A stretch of DNA of 64,000 nucleotides, from positions 51,708,001-51,772,000 of the forward strand of contig OX597820.1 of the NCBI GenBank assembly GCA_951406725.2, given 5' to 3'. Source of the stretch: Octopus vulgaris (lineage: Eukaryota). The translations under genes and the position numbers were made by a program. This document shows positions 60,724 to 64,000 of the stretch, piece after piece (within the stretch, counting starts at the first letter, position 1; each line of letters opens with the position of its first letter). The notes under the pieces are model-generated. The model searched no databases and was not told the origin of the DNA. It saw only the letters and a program-made list of their open reading frames with translations.

Positions 60724-62435
60724 TAGCTGGTGAACCCGGTAATTTCCGGGGGGTAAAGATGTTGTATTGAAACACCTTATTACTCTGATATAAGAACGCA
60801 ATTTCGTTATAACTGCCACAAAATGTGTATTTTCCGTCTCGAAAACGTACAAAAACTGTCGACTGGAAGAGGGAGAGATCGTTGGAGGTTGGCGAGAGAG
60901 GTTGTCGGAGGTTCGTAAGAGTGGATGTCTGAGGGAGAGGCATCTTTGCTCCAAAATGTCAGTCTTGCAGGGCCTCGTGATACACAATGCTTTTGGTTTT
61001 GCCGTTAGGTGCATAGATTAATAAATTTTCCTGATTTCCAACTCAAGAGCATCCAGCATAGAAAAAGCAGATCCTGCAAAATTAAAACCTACTACTTCCA
61101 TTGTCTAACCCTGTGTTTTATTGATGCTTATTGCAAAGCTTAATCTCAGTGGGAATTGTAGCCTTTTGAAATCAAATTGTGTTTCGGAAGGAATTAGAGG
61201 AATATTTGGAATGAAAACATCTTCACCACATGATTTCCCAGTCAGTAGTGTTGCGTCCAGCACTGTCTGCATCAATTTTTTGATAAATTGTTTGTCATTG
61301 CATAATTTTGGAGGATCCAGCTTTCTTAAAACTATAACTGGGGCTCCAACATTTAGATACAATTCAGGCGGTGATAGACGTGAAGGTGCAGGGCTATTGA
61401 GGAATTCAACGGGGCAATGAATAGGAACATTGGTGTGGAGCTCAGTATCAATTGACTCGAATGTTCGACTCAGAGTTATGGGCATTCATAGTGTAATGAA
61501 ATTTAATTGAAAACCTTGCGTGCATTGGCAGCATTTAGGTACGGTATTTAGTTTGGAGGTATTGAAAAAATGCCTATTAATGCAATGGGTAAATTAATTA
61601 CAACAATATGTATAGAGAGACAGAGGCAACTGTTTAGATATTGAATTAGAATCGACGAAGAATAATTGTTTTATTTTGTAAACATGAAACATATTGAATC
61701 AGAGACTTAGTTGGGATCGCCGTTGTTGCATTAGAGCAGCTTGCGAAGTAGAGGCACCCAGTCTTACTCTGACTCGGCGTGACATTTTAAAGGTGAACTT
61801 TAAGAAAGTTAAATTATGAATGTAGTATATATGTATATAATATATATGAATGAAATGTTAGAAATTCAATAATAACGTTCCCTCTCACTGGTGGTCGCAA
61901 TCAGTAACTGTGTTTAACTTACGGAGTTCTTGTTTTTATAACTATCGAAAAGCGGCCGGAAGGATAGATATATTGTTGAGAAAAAATGATTTCGTTGGAG
62001 GTCAGTTATCTCCATAACAGCCCCTGGTGGCCTAGAAGCGGTTTGAAGGGTCAAATGGCAAAGACATTATTCTGCTTAGCGTAGGCATCTGGGAAATATA
62101 TAACTGCTGTCATTCATAGAACAACTATTGTTTTACCCTGAGAAAAGCGCTGTTGAACTGTTAAGTGAAAGTTGGCAATCGAGGATCGAATCCACACTAT
62201 GCCTGCATGAAGCCACTACACACAATTTGTGGGAAAAAAATTATCGTCTGTCATGGAGAAAGTGTAACTGTAAACGTGCAGCATTATCGGAGTAATGGGC
62301 ATTCAAAAAAGTACGTATAGAAATGTATGAATGAAGAATTCAAATACAGGAAGTGCAATAATTAATGTTTAGCAGTTTTAAACTGAGTAGTTAAAATGCC
62401 GAATATAGCAGGTTGATGAGGTATTTATATTTAGA
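60723..62435 (-). mobile_element. Internally deleted Helitron
   Basis: Minus-strand 3' end CCCGG-AAATTA-CCGGG-TTCACCAG-CTAG|T (hairpin then CTAG); putative 5' end A|TCTAAATATAAATAC at 62435 (less certain); carries a PIF1 helicase fragment. Confidence 0.75.
60959..61485 (-). pseudogene. Helitron RepHel PIF1-helicase C-terminal fragment
   Basis: PVEFLNS..PP..L.VGAPVIVLR.LDPPKLCN, GEDVFIP.IPLIPS..F.FKRLQFPLRLSFAISINKTQG*, then broken GCS*VG..LIYAPNGKTKSIVYHEAL. Confidence 0.9.
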
Positions 62436-62531
62436 TAGAATAAGTGTATTTTTTTTCTTTTTGCAATTATACAAAATCTGTATCGCCTTGACCTATCATT
62501 GCATGGCATGGATCACTTTATAATGTTCCAC

Positions 62532-62791
62532 GTATCGCCTTGACCTATCATTGCGTATAGGTTCTCCACCTGGACGGGACGCCGGTCAATCGCAGGTGAG
62601 CTGCAAGATGCAAGAGGGAGAGAAAGTTGTGGCGAAAGAGTCAGCAGAAGTTTTGCCATTACCCTCTGACGGAGCCGCGTGGACCTTAGGTGTTTTCGCT
62701 CATAAACACAGACATCGTCCGGTCTGAGATTCGAACCGCGATCCCGCCATCGCGAGTCCGCTGCTCTAACCACTAGGCCATGAGCCTCCAC
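62532..62791 (-). mobile_element. tRNA-derived SINE with V-domain-like segment and 10 bp TSD
   Basis: A box TGGCCTAGTGG, B box GGTTCGAATC, V-like CCTGCGATTGACCGGCGTCCCGTCCAGG; TSD AATGTTCCAC at 62522-62531 and 62792-62801. Confidence 0.85.
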
Positions 62792-64000
62792 AATGTTCCA
62801 CTTAAGGATGTGTAGAGTGATTTGGATCGTTACTCCTCAGATGTTGCTAGGTACCTTAATGTAATTCTTCTTGTGTATGTCCCGAAAAGAAGTTCGATAT
62901 TTGGCAAATAATTTCCTTTGTTTTTGAGGTCACTTTGACTTCATTTATTTATACGTTATATTCGTTTTTTTCTCAAATTGCGTATTTGGCAAGATTAAGA
63001 TGAAATCAACTTTGCATACAAATGCGCTAACACTGCATGATATGTCGAGTGTGTAAGTATCTTGGTTCCTGAAATGAGATTTTGGAATCGTTAACTGGTG
63101 TGATGTACATTTTATATAACTTTGTATTTTGGGCAGCAGTTACAATACAATATTACGCACAGTGCATATTTTGGGCGTATAGTATTAGCTAATATATATG
63201 TGGGTTGGTTTTTGTGCGTGAACGAATGCCTGTATGTCCGTGCTCGTATCTAATTTACATGTATAACATACATCTTAGTGTGTGCATGCTTGTATACATG
63301 TTTATATGATTATATGGTTGCATACAAGTATGTAGGATTGCATATGTGGGTATTGCAAATTCTTTTTTTTGTTTTTGCAAAAAAAAATCTATTTACGGAG
63401 TATTAAGCCACTCGTAATATACGCACAATATTTAATTGTCGCATCTATGCAATTATCAATTAAATAATTCTTTGATTAATAATTAACTTGTTCATTAATT
63501 TATGAAGCTCCTATCATCCACACATATGACAGTATTCAGAGCATTTCCTCGTTCGTTTATGAATATCTAATGTGCATTCACTAGTGCTACGCTTTAATTT
63601 CCCAAATCTAATAGTGAATTTTTCAAAAGTTCGTACATATGCGTCTTAAATTCTATGTCGTTCCACTATTCATAATGACGGTTATCTCGTTTGGGCTAGT
63701 ATCTATGATTGCGTGTTTCTATTCGTATGAAATTGCATTTATAAAGACACACAGGCACACACAAACACACACACATACACGCACGAGTGTATCATGATTT
63801 GTACACATACACGAATAATGAAACTCAAATACATTATTTCATACACCCGCACATGACTACATTTGTACGTATCACTGGTTAGTCATCTCTTTTCTTTACG
63901 AATATTTTAATACTTTTCACACGCATTTTATATTGCATCAAATTGTTATTTGCACAATTTATTGTATTCGGTTTATCTTTATTTTATAGTCAAAATCTCA

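Noticed and set aside
62720-62791. tRNA gene
   Set aside because: The A/B boxes belong to a SINE head continuing into a V-like body within a TSD; no complete cloverleaf.

Overview
AT-rich, repeat-dominated animal genomic DNA. The SINE families and very high microsatellite load resemble octopus/coleoid cephalopod DNA; this is an inference from recall, not verified. Most long ORFs in the track are microsatellite read-through. Real content: (1) many R4/Dong-clade non-LTR retrotransposon copies (RT + CCHC + restriction-like endonuclease) from at least three young families plus old degenerate copies, stacked head-to-tail inside (TAA)n arrays, including a ~4 kb compound microsatellite; (2) a ~545 bp non-coding element that occupies the same (TAA)n sites with the same polarity; (3) a fold-back/inverted-duplication locus (~30.5-34.2 kb) with three copies of a ~286 bp repeat, each carrying a minimal type I hammerhead ribozyme of the Penelope/retrozyme kind, and an unrelated hammerhead at ~52.8 kb; (4) a full-length dead mariner, a duplicated maT/DD37D-like fragment, a Helitron derivative with a PIF1 fragment, an L1/Tx1 fragment and several tRNA-derived SINEs; (5) three phase-compatible candidate exons on the minus strand, suggesting the window is mostly intron of a large host gene (tentatively CNBD2-like).
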